The position numbers and the translations under genes were made by a program. A DNA stretch of 64,000 bases from Epithemia pelagica (taxonomy: Eukaryota; Protista; Bacillariophyta), in NCBI GenBank assembly GCA_946965045.2, contig OX337234.1, forward strand, positions 3,224,001-3,288,000. The letters run 5' to 3'. Below are positions 32,564 through 44,773 of the stretch, piece by piece (the stretch's first letter is position 1; each line of letters begins with the position of its first letter). The notes beneath the pieces are model-generated. The model was given only the letters and a program-made list of their open reading frames with translations. It searched no databases and was not told where the DNA came from.

Positions 32564-33901
32564 TTAGTTGCCACCAAGAAGCGAGGCCACAATTTCCTCC
32601 GCTTCTTCGACAAGAGAGCTCAATTTTCCATGTTCCAATCTCAAGCGTTCATTCTCAATTTTCAATTGCGCCGAATCCGTTTGGAGTTTGGCAACTCGAT
32701 TTTGTTCACGCTCACGTTTTTGCCGCGAGGCGATCAAATTCGATAATCGCTTCTTGGCCTTCCTTTCTTGAAGGATTCGTTCGCGTTCACTACTTGTAAT
32801 GCCTTTTCTTTCTGTATCATGATCCGAATCACGGGTGTCATGCGTGTTTGGATACAGTGATTCTCCAGCACATGTTTCTCCCTCTTGTTCCTTGGTCTCG
32901 TCCATGGTCCGAGATCGCTTCCCTGTAAGAATAGTGGGTGGTGGTTCTTTCAAAAGTCTATCCTTGTACATGTGTGCTTCCTTTAACTTTTGTTCATCCA
33001 CCCAATCCTTAAAGTCTTCAAACTTCCATTCCCCTCCAAACGACTTGGGGATGTTCTCCTTGGTGAACCCCAAGGGCTGCAAGTCACCCACGAGAAGCTC
33101 AGCTTTCGCTTGCGCGAAACAATGAAATTCCGTATCAAAGTACGACTTCATGACGCTTTGACTTGCCCTCACAATGCCTGCCGCAAGAAATGGCTTCTTC
33201 TTGATGGGAATCGAAACCAAGACAACTTTGTGTCGAACGGGGAATACGTTTGCCACCATGTAGGAAGCTTGTCGTAGCCCTTCCCAGTCTACCTCATAAT
33301 GCCTTGGCGTTGCAGTAACATAAATTGCAAACGCACCATCGACCTGTGAAATGTCAGAGGATGCTAACACACTTTCCAGATAAAACCAGCCTCGCATTTT
33401 GCTTTCCAAGGAACTGCCTGGTATCAATTTACTCTTGTCAAACAAGATGCATTTGTGGCCTGACTTTGTATCGGGTAACAAACTGGGGTACCCTCCATAT
33501 AAATTCCGTACATCTTCCTTGGTGAGCGCTCCCGTGCCAGTCAATGTCAAGGGCAAAAAGGCTCGATCCGGGCCAAAGAGCTTCAAGCGCTCCGTCCAAT
33601 ACAGACATAGTCGTTTGGCTCCCTTATACAAATCGTAGCCACAGTATCGGACAAATTGAAGAGGATCAGTTTCTGTTTGCACCAGATCGGCATCTCGCTC
33701 GACAGCTTCACAGTAGGCCTTGGTCTCTCGCTCGTCGGGCATGCATCGAATGATCGAGTCGACATGGCGACGCACACGAGCCCGTAATGCAGGCAGCTGA
33801 GAGAGATCGTAGACGTGCGTCTGATGATTCGCAGCATGCATGACGATTGGCTGCTGCTCAGGGAGAACGTAATAGGTTGTTCGAAAGCTTTGAGAGGACA
33901 T
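32564..33901 (-). CDS. CRAL-TRIO/Sec14-like protein with C-terminal bZIP, copy 1 (intact, 445 aa)
   Basis: LVQTETDPLQFVRY...RLCLYWTERLKLFGPDRAFLPLTLTG is a diatom CRAL-TRIO-like motif. The basic region RKAKKRLSNLIASRQKRERE is followed by Leu heptads. Confidence 0.75.
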   Translation of the reverse strand: MSSQSFRTTYYVLPEQQPIVMHAANHQTHVYDLSQLPALRARVRRHVDSIIRCMPDERETKAYCEAVERDADLVQTETDPLQFVRYCGYDLYKGAKRLCLYWTERLKLFGPDRAFLPLTLTGTGALTKEDVRNLYGGYPSLLPDTKSGHKCILFDKSKLIPGSSLESKMRGWFYLESVLASSDISQVDGAFAIYVTATPRHYEVDWEGLRQASYMVANVFPVRHKVVLVSIPIKKKPFLAAGIVRASQSVMKSYFDTEFHCFAQAKAELLVGDLQPLGFTKENIPKSFGGEWKFEDFKDWVDEQKLKEAHMYKDRLLKEPPPTILTGKRSRTMDETKEQEGETCAGESLYPNTHDTRDSDHDTERKGITSSERERILQERKAKKRLSNLIASRQKREREQNRVAKLQTDSAQLKIENERLRLEHGKLSSLVEEAEEIVASLLGGN

Positions 33902-35349
33902 GGTTCTTGAGCGAATGTGGCCTGTTGTGTCTCCGGACACACGCGTTATGTCTGCGCGTAAACAGTAAAAGGCAAAATGTGAGAGCACAGATGAGTCACT
34001 TGAATGTGCGGCAAGCGGCAACCAGACACTTTCCGATATGATGTCTTCCCGCTGAAGCGTTTCTGATCGCTCCTTGTCATCTATTAGAGAACTATTGTGG
34101 CGATACTCCAGAAGCAACACTCTCTAGCGATAATACATACATACTTGTAAGGATGAAGAACTCTATTCCCTATTCCCCCGTCCTACGCATCCTTTTGGTC
34201 TTGGTCCTGCCGGGTCGCTGGCGTCGTACCTTAGTTCCCTGTTATCGTCACAATTTGCGTCAATCCGAAATCCGAACGAACCGGGGAGCGTAGAGGACTC
34301 TGTTTCATAGTTTCTACCCATAACCCAGGCAATAGAAGATATGGATTTGTTGTGATGGCCACTGGCCAGTGAAGGAAGTCCAGTGCGGTACAGAAGTCCT
34401 CAGACGCAGTGAGCCCAAACATCTGTTTACTTGCATGGCGTGTCCGCTGTCCGCAACACACCACACACCACCAATAATTGACTAACTCTATATCTTCCTT
34501 CGCAGACGAGTCCAGAGAAGATTGTTGCTGACAAGAGATAGCATGTGGCAATTTCATGAAGGCGGCATCGATCGTGAGTCTTTTTCTTTACCGAATTGTT
34601 GTGCTTGGATCGAATCCTTACACAAGTTTCTTTGTGCTCCTTTTCCAACGTTGGAGACAGATGGACTCTACCAAAAAGTGTGGCAGGCATCAAGGAACAG
34701 AGCATATCACTATTGAATATATAATCTCGGAAGAGCCTTAGCTTTGGCACCAACCCACTGCTACAGTGAATATGATTGATCAAAGTTGATAACCTACCTA
34801 GTGATTCTCAAAGTCGAAGCAAGACGAAGTTGTGACCACGTTAGAGGAAAAGAAGAAACTCTCGGAGTTAGTGCAACCACGCGACTCTTATTCTTGGAGA
34901 TTAGAATTTGGATTCGATCTATCTACCTAGCTACTCCTAGCTCCTTGGAGTAGGAGAAAAAGAGGAGTAGGAGGTAGGAGTATGGAATGAGGAGCTAGTG
35001 TCTAGAGTGGGACCAAGAACAGAGAGAATACACGTGGGCATTAGACTTGTACATCAGTGGTTGGTGATTCATCTGTCGTCGGTAACCAGCGTTCAAGGCT
35101 GAAGTACGAGATCTCTTGGAAAAATGCAGCTGTAGCTCGTTGATTAGAGTTTCTACCTTGCTTTTTTACCTAACTTATTGTTGAGGAGTTGTGGTTGTTG
35201 CTCCTTGCCTCCTTGCCACCATCTCTACGAAAAGAGAATAGATAAGGGACTCGTCGAAAAAAGTCCCAAGACAAAAACCTATCATTCATGGTTGACATCA
35301 TGAAGCCTTTATTCAAACGATTTCTGTCCACTTGGCCTATCCATAGATC

Positions 35350-36682
35350 TTAGTTGCCTCCAAGAAGCGAGGCCACAATTTCATCCGCTTCTTCAACAAG
35401 AGAGCTCAATTTCTCATGTTCCGATCTCAAGCGTTCATTCTCGATTTTCAATTGTGCCGAGTCAGTTTTGAGGTTGGCAATTCGATTTTGTTCACGCTCT
35501 CGCTTTTGCCGCGAGGCGATCAAGTTCGATAATCGCTTCTTGGCCTTCCTTTCTTGAAGGATTCGTTCGTGTTCAATACTTGGGATATCTTCTAGTTCCT
35601 GATTCGAATCACGGGTGTCATGCGTGTTTGGATACAGTGATTCTCCAGCACATGTTTCTCCCTCTTGTTCCTTGGTCTCGTCTATGGTCCGAGATCGTTT
35701 CCCCGCAAGACTACGGGACGGTGGTTCTTTCAAAAGTCTATCCTTGTACTTTTCTGCTTCCAATAACTTTTGTTCATCCACCCAATCCTTAAAGTCTTCA
35801 AATTTCCATTCCCCTCCAAACGACCGTGGAATGTTCTCCGTGGTGAACCCCAAGGGCTGCAACGCACGCACCAGAGAATCAGGTTCCGTGCGTGTAAAAC
35901 AATGGAATTCCGTATCAAAGTACGACTTCATGACGCTTTCAAATGCCCTAATTCCCTGCCGAAATAAACGGTTTCTTTTTTATGGGAATCGAAACCAACA
36001 CAACTTTGTGTCGAACGGGGAATATGTTTGCAACCTTGTAGGAAGTTGCACGTAGCCCAGCCCAGTCTACCTCGTGACGCCGAGGTGTTCCTGTAACAAT
36101 AATGGCATATGCACCATCGACCTGTGAAATGTCAGAGGATGCTAACACACTTTCCAGATAAAACCAGCCTCGCATTTTGCTTTCCAAGGAACTGCTTGGT
36201 ACCATTTTACTCTTGTCAAACAAGATGCATTTGTGGCCTGACTTTGTATCGAGTAACAAACTGGGGTACCCTCCATATAAATTCCGTACATCTTCCTTGG
36301 TGAGCGCTCCCGTGCCAGTCAATGTCAAGGGCAAAAAGGCTCGATCCGGGCCAAAGAGCTTCAAGCGCTCCGTCCAATACAGACAGAGTCGTTTGGCTCC
36401 CTTATACAAATCGTAGCCACAGTATCGGACAAATTGAAGAGGATCAGTTTCTGTTTGCACCAGATCGGCATCTCGCTCGACAGCTTCACAGTAGGCCTTG
36501 GTCTCTCGCTCGTCGGGCATGCATCGAATGACCGAGTCGACATGGCGACGCACACGAGCCCGTAATGCAGGCAGCTGAGAGAGATCGTAGACGTGCGTCT
36601 GATGATTCGCAGCATGCATGACGATTGGCTGCTGATCAGGGAGAACGTTATAGGTTGTTCGAAAGGTTCGAGACGACGACAT
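35350..36682 (-). pseudogene. CRAL-TRIO-like/bZIP copy 2, frameshifted at about 35950
   Basis: GGGAATTAGGGCA versus GGGATTATGAGGGCA in copy 3 (net -2 nt) splits ORFs 35948-36790 and 35350-35931. Confidence 0.85.
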
Positions 36683-38149
36683 GGTTCTGGCTGTTGCGTT
36701 TGCCTTGTTTCCGGACTTCGCGGACACATTGCGTAAAAAGTAGGGCAAAATGTGAGAGCACAGATACAGATGAGTGTGGCAGCCAGACACTCTCCGCTAT
36801 GATACCCTCTCGCTGAAGTGTTTCGGATCGCTGCTTGTCATCTACCACTCAACTGTATCCAAAAACTACACGCTCTAGCGATAATACATACGTACTTGTC
36901 AGGATGAAGAACTCTATCTTGTACCCGTGCCCCATGTCCATGTACCTTTTTGGTCTTGGTCCTGCCGGGTTGCTGGCGTCGCAGCCCCTGTTGTGGTTAT
37001 GGTCTCACAATTTGCGAGAATCCGAAATGAGGAGCGTAGACTCTGTTTCACAGTTTCTGCCCAACCCAGGCAATAGATTTGAATTTGTTGTTATGACCAG
37101 TGAAGGAAGCCCAGTACGGAACAAAAGCCCTTAGACGGAGTGAGCCCACACTGCATCTGTTTACAATACGGATACTGGCATGGCGTGTCCGCAACACACC
37201 AATTGACTGAACCTTCACAGACAAGTCCAGAGTCCAGAGAGGTTGGTTGCTGACAAGAGATGGCACAACAAAATTATCACATCGATCATCGATCATGTGT
37301 CATTTTCGTGATCGAATCTTCGTGATGTACAGGTTTGCGGTGCTTGAATCACACCGTGACACAAGTAGTTTCTGTGTGCTTCACTTCCAGCGTTGGAGTC
37401 AAAGATGTTACTCTACCAAAAAGTGTGGCAAGCTACCGTGAAAATGATTGGTCCAAGTTGGTTGATGAGCTGCCCTACCTCTAGAGTGATTCTAGAGAGA
37501 TTCTAAAAGTCGAGGCAAGAATAAAAGTTGTGGCCGCGTTGAAAGGAAGTACCTAGGAGTCTAGGAGTACTCCTATCGGAGTTATTGCGATCACAGGCCA
37601 TTGACTATCCTCTCTCCGATTCTTATTCTTGGTGATTGGAATTTGGAGAATGGTGGGACTATTGACTATTTCCTATTATTTCCTCCTATCTCTAGAGGAG
37701 TCTATGATGGAATAATAATATGTAAGATCTTCTGTCTTCCTAGCTCTTTCAGGGACCAAGAACAAAGAATAAAGTACGCGTGAGCATGACACTTACTGGT
37801 TGGTGATTCATCAGTCGTCAATAACCAGCGTTGAAGTACGAGATGTCTTGGCACGGAATGCGGGTTGATTGTTGATTAGATAGTTAGAGCTTTACTTACT
37901 TTTACGCCTGTCTTATTGTTGTAGTTTGTGGTGGCCAGCAATTGCTATCGAAATCATTGAGGGTTGCTAGTTGCTAGCTAGTCTCTAAATGAGTAGCTAG
38001 CAAACTCTAATGAATCCATTAGTGGAAGTGGAAAGTGGGAACTGTTGACCATTGACCTCGAGCAATGCGTTTATTTTATTATGATTTGCGATTTGCGATT
38101 GAGCCCATTGAGCACTACGGCTGATGTCTGATAAGGATGATAGGGTTGG

Positions 38150-38690
38150 GGGAATCTGGCAGGGGGAATTCCATTCCCCGTGGGAATGGGAATTCCCGTT
38201 CCCAATTCCCGTCGCCGCCAAAAAGCCGATGGGAATTCCCACATGCGACTGCCTACATTATAGTGCGATTTTAAGTATGTGATACGTCAAAAGGTGTCGA
38301 AGATATCTTTGAATGATTGTGGATGCCAAATATCTTTTGTAGTTTGAAAGCACAAAGTCCCACATCAAAGAAAGAAATGGATACTGCTGGTTGCGGTGAG
38401 TCGATCGACTTAGAGTTGGAGCGTCTGAAGGACAACGATGAGGAGATAGGAGGAGAAGAAGAAGAATGTGTTTGGTTGGAACACAAGAACTCCATCACCC
38501 GCATATGGAAGCAGGTGATGATGGCATTGACAGTGACTACAGCATTGATGAACTCCTTAATTACTAAGATCTCAGCCATGTGCAACCTGCATTACGTGAA
38601 AAGGTGTCGTTTTGGGAATTCCACTGGGAATGGGAACGTTCCCATTGATCCATTGATATCAATGGGAACGTTCCCAATTCCCGTCGTTTA
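38150..38690. repeat. Two clusters of GGGAA/TTCCC palindromic motifs (possible non-autonomous element remnant)
   Basis: GGGAATTCC, GGGAATTCCC and GGGAACGTTCCC recur at about 38150-38241 and 38611-38686. No termini could be defined. Confidence 0.4.
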
Positions 38691-39721
38691 AATAGCGTTT
38701 CTCCAACACTAAAGGATGAGCCCCTTCTTCAAGATTGTCTACTGGTTAGAACAAAAAAGGGAATAGTCTATTCTTCCAGCTGCCGCGCCTACCCGCTAGG
38801 GTACGGTCGACCGACTGCCCTGGCGCCATTACTCTCGGAGTTAGAACAGTTAGACATTTTCTTGTGAATGGGGAAAGTCGATTTATGGGGGCGTTGGACC
38901 ATCGATGCCCTCAAAAAGTGAACATCACCCTTTCCTATAAATTTAGGGGCGGCTCTGACTCATTGTTGTACATACTGGTACGGGGGGCTCTCCTCTCACA
39001 CCTTCACCTGTGACCCCCTTTTCATGCCATGGTTATGCGAGCGGGACGGTGAGCTCGGTGTGCGCGCTTTTTTGCGTTCCCATAATTATTATAACAACAT
39101 TCTCCTCCTCAAGTCCGGAAGCAGAATATTCCTCCAACAACCAGCAATGTCCTCCGTATTATTTGTTAAGTTGCTCCTGTCTCCTGTCCTGTCATCTGTC
39201 ATCGTACGCACGGTGTTCGAACCGAACTGGACCATTCTCACTGTTTATCATGTTTTTCGGGTAATCGGTTGGGTTGGATCAATCTCCTCATCATGTCTCT
39301 ACGAGAGATAATCACACCCATGGTTTGAATGCGTCCCTCTTTCTTTCCAATATCATGCTGCCAATGCATGCCATCCAAAAAGCCCTTCTTGCTTGTTTGC
39401 CTTGACCACTCCCTGGACGGCGGATGCGTCGGAGCTGGAGCCAATGATTGAAAGTATTCCTCTTCTTTACTGAAAGAACCATCGTCACTGTCTTCTCATT
39501 TCGAATCGGAACCATCGCAGCCATTTTGAACTACACGCACGTCCAAACCCTCTCACAATTCCCTCGCTCTCGATTTGGGCGCCTCCTTCTTGTATTGTTT
39601 CATTCAAACCACGGTGGCCTCAAAGCCTTGTGCTTTCCGTTCTGGAACAAGCAGAAGTCCACACGTCCCACCAACCATTCACAAGACATCTCTTAAAGGA
39701 CGAGTTCATTGTGTTTCCACC

Positions 39722-41647
39722 ATGGAGTCTGATGAACAGGTTGTCGATGACGAAGGAGAAGAAGAGGAACTATCGGAACTACCACAAGAAGAACAAGATG
39801 AACGACCAGGCGGTCCATCGCGTCCACTGGAGCCTGCTCATCGTCAGGGGTTTCAGGAGCAACATGCGCAAGACTTTTTGCACCGTGGTCCACCTCACGA
39901 AATGGACGACATGGTTCGCTTTGTCTGGTCCAATTACAATCGGCCCAAACGAAAACTCTATCTGTTTGAACTACGACTCTGCTATCGGGCCTTGGACTAT
40001 TTACAATCGGAAATTGAAAAGCTCAAGGTGGAGGAACGACCCATCATGTTGTGGTTTCGCCGCGTCGAATTGTTTGGGGATGACATTGAACAATCCTTGC
40101 ACCAATTCTTGATGAAACGTCCCGAATTGCGAACCATTACACTCATTGGATGGACGCGGTATCTGGGAGAAGGCGCCTCGGTCATTGACGATTACATTCC
40201 CATACTCAACTGCCTCAACCTCAACCAAGAACATCAATCCGATCCACGGCACTTTCCCCATCATATTACCACTGTGGAAGTCGAACAAATGCGCTTGACG
40301 CGACCCGATATAGGCACCTTGTTGGGCGGGGCCAGTCTCAAAAAAAAGGTGAAATTGTCCCGATCGACCTTGGATGCCGGCTTTTTGTCGGGCTTTTGTG
40401 CCACACCCTGTTCGCCCCGGACCCTGAAAATGGTCCAATGCTTTGCCAATTCCAATACGACACTCCATGCCATGGCGCAAAATTCGTGGCAAGAACACAA
40501 TCAAATGTTTGAATTGGATTTGCAAAACAATCGCTTCACGTCGGTGGCCTTGGCCAGTATTGCCGATTTGCTTCGACAACAACAAGCCAGTTTACGAGCC
40601 CTTCGATTGGGGAGTAACTTTGATTTGTTTCAACAACCCGAAGCAGCCCTGCTGGATTCCTTTGTCACGGCCCTGGCGCAAATGCGACAATTGCATACCA
40701 TCCAACTGGAAGCTTGCAAAATGGACTTGCCCATGGCCACGGCCGTCATTCAAGCGGTCCGAACCACGTGTCGGACCATGAACTTGCAAGGAACCAATCT
40801 GTTTGATGATGACGATGACCACGACGACAATGAATGGTTGGCCTTGGGAGATACTACCAACAACAACAACAACAGCTGGTTGGGACCGCTGCCTCCCTCC
40901 AACCTGTCCCCGACGGCCGTCTTTTTTCGATTCTTGGCCACCAATACCTGTTGTTTGGTCGACCTGGTATTGGGAGGTTGCAATATTGGAACTTCCACGG
41001 CCGGCCTCCTCTTTGCCGCATTGGAACGGAATCGAACTCTGGAAAAGCTTGACTTGCGCGACAATCCCTTTACCATTGTCCAAGGGAGCTGGGAAACCAG
41101 TTTGCCCAAACTGGCACCGCAACTGGTACACTTGTGGTTGCCCCTCACCAACTTTGTCCTACACCCACAACAACAGTTGCAACAGCAGCAACAACAACAA
41201 CAACAACAACAACAACTTGCGGGGATGGTGGGCCCGACAAATTCCTCCACCACGCATCCGGATCCGTGGCCCATTTTTGAAAAAGCCGTGGTCCAAAATA
41301 TCCATCTCACCAACCTTCTCGAACCAGCCACGAGCCGCGCCTTGCCCGGTCCACAACGGGTCGCCTTGTCGCAATTGGCCTTGCGGAACAAGGGCATTGC
41401 TCGAGCGCAATGGGCCTTGCAGCATCCCAATACGACACGATTTTTGTGGCCTCGCATCATGGCCCAGTTATGGAGTGGATGGGAATCGGATCAAAATGCC
41501 ACGGCTGTCTATGCCTTTTTTCGACGAGCGGCCGAAGGCGAAGAATGGCGTACCTTGGCCCATGCGTCCGCCTCGGTGGCAGATGGCAAACCACCCCCCA
41601 CAACCGGGAAACGCAAACGACCCTTTGGACCCACGACGCATTCGTAA
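39722..41647 (+). CDS. RNI-like leucine-rich-repeat protein, copy 1 (12-Q tract)
   Basis: LRR motifs LDLQNNRFT, LRALRLGSN, LVLGGCNIG, ALERNRTLEKLDLRDNPF; acidic N-terminus. Confidence 0.85.
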   Translation: MESDEQVVDDEGEEEELSELPQEEQDERPGGPSRPLEPAHRQGFQEQHAQDFLHRGPPHEMDDMVRFVWSNYNRPKRKLYLFELRLCYRALDYLQSEIEKLKVEERPIMLWFRRVELFGDDIEQSLHQFLMKRPELRTITLIGWTRYLGEGASVIDDYIPILNCLNLNQEHQSDPRHFPHHITTVEVEQMRLTRPDIGTLLGGASLKKKVKLSRSTLDAGFLSGFCATPCSPRTLKMVQCFANSNTTLHAMAQNSWQEHNQMFELDLQNNRFTSVALASIADLLRQQQASLRALRLGSNFDLFQQPEAALLDSFVTALAQMRQLHTIQLEACKMDLPMATAVIQAVRTTCRTMNLQGTNLFDDDDDHDDNEWLALGDTTNNNNNSWLGPLPPSNLSPTAVFFRFLATNTCCLVDLVLGGCNIGTSTAGLLFAALERNRTLEKLDLRDNPFTIVQGSWETSLPKLAPQLVHLWLPLTNFVLHPQQQLQQQQQQQQQQQQLAGMVGPTNSSTTHPDPWPIFEKAVVQNIHLTNLLEPATSRALPGPQRVALSQLALRNKGIARAQWALQHPNTTRFLWPRIMAQLWSGWESDQNATAVYAFFRRAAEGEEWRTLAHASASVADGKPPPTTGKRKRPFGPTTHS

Positions 41648-41766
41648 AGCAGGGCGGCCACCAAGAGCAAGACACAAGACGAAACAGACCACAAGCGGAT
41701 GCATGAAAGGCTCGTCCAGAGGGGAACCGTGAACGGCAACGGATTGAAACTGTTGCTTCCACACTA

Positions 41767-42371
41767 AGGGCTGGGGATACCGATCCATGTACATCTAAGT
41801 AGGCTCAGTACATTAATCTACGTAGTACTATTTTCATGAGTGTAACAAGTGGGGCGGATGGTCTCAAATTGAAAACTTGCTGCCACGAGAAACAATGCAA
41901 ATTGGAAGCCATCGCTCGACAATGGTGGAAGCCGTCACCCCCATGGCCATAACTTCCTCAATAATAGAGCTTGACTCGACCGCTTTGACAATAAGATTAT
42001 TTACTACTAGAGTGACTATGCTTTCAATTCGGTCGAGTCAGCATTGAGAAATGAGTGAGTTAGGGCGGTCGTTCGGTTTCATCACTGCAGAAAAATGAGC
42101 GTACCTTTTCAGCCAACTTGGCAAATCTTCTGTAATTTGAGACAACAATTTCAAAGGTAAAGGCAATGGACTTACGGTGGTTGGATGTTAATGCGATGCA
42201 TGGGTGAATGCATGCGGCATCACTGGATCTCGCCGTCATCGTGGAGTGTTTTTGCATTTTTTTGGACTTCCGCCCATTTCTGGGGTGACGTGTACTATGG
42301 GATTTTATGTACTCTACGTAGCTTTTGTACTGAGCCTACTTAGATGTACATGGATCGGTATCCCCAGCCCT
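41767..42371. mobile_element. 605-bp MITE with perfect 46-bp TIRs, flanked by TA
   Basis: AGGGCTGGGGATACCGATCCATGTACATCTAAGTAGGCTCAGTACA (41767-41812) is exactly inverted at 42326-42371. TA lies at 41765-41766 and 42372-42373. No transposase ORF. Confidence 0.93.
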
Positions 42372-43438
42372 TAGTTCCCTGTTATCGTCACAATTTGCGA
42401 CAATCCGAAATCCGAACGAACCGGGGAGCGTAGAGGACTCTGTTTCATAGTTTCTACCCATAACCCAGGCAATAGAAGATATGGATTTGTTGTTATGGCC
42501 ACTGGCCAGTGAAGGAAGTCCAGTGCGGTACAGAAGTCCTCAGACGCAGTGAGCCCAAACATCTGTTTACTTGCATGGCGTGTCCGCTGTCCGCAACACA
42601 CCACACACCACCAATAATTGACTAACTCCATATCTTCCTTCGCAGACGAGTCCAGAGAAGATTGTTGCTGACAAGAGATAGCATATGACAATTTCATGAA
42701 GGCGGCATCGATCGTGAGTCTTTTTCTTTACCGAATTGTTGTGCTTGGATCGAATCCTTACACAAGTTTCTTTGTGCTCCTTTTCCAACGTTGGAGACAG
42801 ATGGACTATATAATCTCGGAAGAGCCTTAGCTTTGGCACCAACCCACTGCTACAGTGAATATGATTGATCAAAGTTGATGACCTACCTAGTGATTCTCAA
42901 AGTCGAAGCAAGACGAAGTTGTGACCACGTTAGAGGAAAAGAAGAAACTCTCGGAGTTAGTGCAACCACGCGACTCTTATTCTTGGAGATTGGAATTTGG
43001 ATTCGATCTATCTACCTAGCTACTCCTAGCTCCTTGGAGTAGGAGAAAAAGAGGAGTAGGAGGTAGGAGTATGGAATGAGGAGCTAGTGTCTAGAGTGGG
43101 ACCAAGAACAGAGAGAATACACGTGGGCATTAAACTTGTACATCAGTGGTTGGTGATTCATCTGTCGTCGGTAACCAGCGTTCAAGGCTGAAGTACGAGA
43201 TCTCTTGGAAAAATGCAGCTGTAGCTCGTTGATTAGAGTTTCTACCTTGCTTTTTTACCTAACTTCTTGTTGAGGAGTTGTGGTTGTTGCTCCTTGCCTC
43301 CTTGCCACCATCTCTACGAAAAGAGAATAGATAAGGGACTCGTCGAAAAAAGTCCCAAGACAAAAACCTATCATTCATGGTTGACATCATGAAGCCTTTA
43401 TTCAAACGATTTCTGTCCACTTGGCCTATCCATAGATC

Positions 43439-44773
43439 TTAGTTGCCTCCAAGAAGCGAGGCCACAATTTCATCCGCTTCTTCAACAAGAGAGCTCAATT
43501 TCTCATGTTCCGATCTCAAGCGTTCATTCTCGATTTTCAATTGTGCCGAGTCAGTTTTGAGGTTGGCAATTCGATTTTGTTCACGCTCTCGCTTTTGCCG
43601 CGAGGCGATCAAGTTCGATAATCGCTTCTTGGCCTTCCTTTCTTGAAGGATTCGTTCGTGTTCAATACTTGGGATATCTTCTAGTTCCTGATTCGAATCA
43701 CGGGTGTCATGCGTGTTTGGATACAGTGATTCTCCAGCACATGTTTCTCCCTCTTGTTCCTTGGTCTCGTTCATGGTCCGAGATCGTTTCCCCGCAAGAC
43801 TACGGGACGGTGGTTCTTTCAAAAGTCTATCCTTGTACTTTTCTGCTTCCTTTAACTTTTGTTCATCCACCCAATCCTTAAAGTCTACAAATTCCCATTC
43901 CCCTCCAAACGACCGTGGAATGTTCTCCGTGGTGAACCCCAAGGGCTGCAACGCACGCACCAGAGAATCAGGTTCCGTACGTGTAAAACAATGGAATTCC
44001 GTATCAAAGTACGACTTCATGACGCTTTCAAATGCCCTCATAATCCCTGCCGAAATAAACGGTTTCTTTTTTATGGGAATCGAAACCAACACAACTTTGT
44101 GTCGAACGGGGAATATGTTTGCAACCTTGTAGGAAGTTGCACGTAGCCCAGCCCAGTCTACCTCGTGACGCCGAGGTGTTCCTGTAACAATAAAGGCATA
44201 TGCACCATCGACCTGTGAAATGTCAGAGGATGCTAAAACACTTTCAAGATAAAACCAGCCTCGCATTTTGCTTTCCAAGGAACTACTTGGTATCATTTTA
44301 CTCTTGTCAAACAAGATGCATTTATGGCCTGACTTTGTATTGGGTAACAAACTGGGGTACCCTCCATACAAATTCCGTACATCTTCGTCGGTGAGCGCTC
44401 CTGTGCCAGTCAGTGTCAAGGGCAAAAAGGCGCGATCCGGGCCAAAGAGCTTCAAGCGCTCCGTCCAATACAGACAGAGTCGTTTGGCTCCCTTATACAA
44501 ATTGTAGTCACAGTATCGGACAAATTGAAGAGGATCGGTTTCTGTTTGCACCAGTTCGGCATCTCGCTCGAAAGCTTCACAGTAGGCCTTGGTCTCTCGC
44601 TCGTCGGGCATGCATCGAATGACCGAGTCGACATGGCGACGCACACGAGCCCGTCATGCAGGCAGCTGAGAGAGATCGTACACGTGCGTCTGATGATTCG
44701 CAGCATGCATGACGATTGGCTGCTGATCAGGGAGAACGTAATAGGTTGTTCGAAAGCTTCGAGACGACGACAT
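43439..44773 (-). pseudogene. CRAL-TRIO-like/bZIP copy 3, premature TGA at 44656-44654
   Basis: The TTA (Leu) of copies 1 and 2 is TGA here. The frame is otherwise continuous with ORF 43439-44644. Confidence 0.85.

Larger units (their letters stand above)
34232..41766 (+). repeat. Segmental duplication, block I
   Basis: Colinear with 42372-63743 once the piggyBac and MULE insertions are removed. It starts at TAGTTCCCTG and ends at CCACACTA in both copies. Confidence 0.9.
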
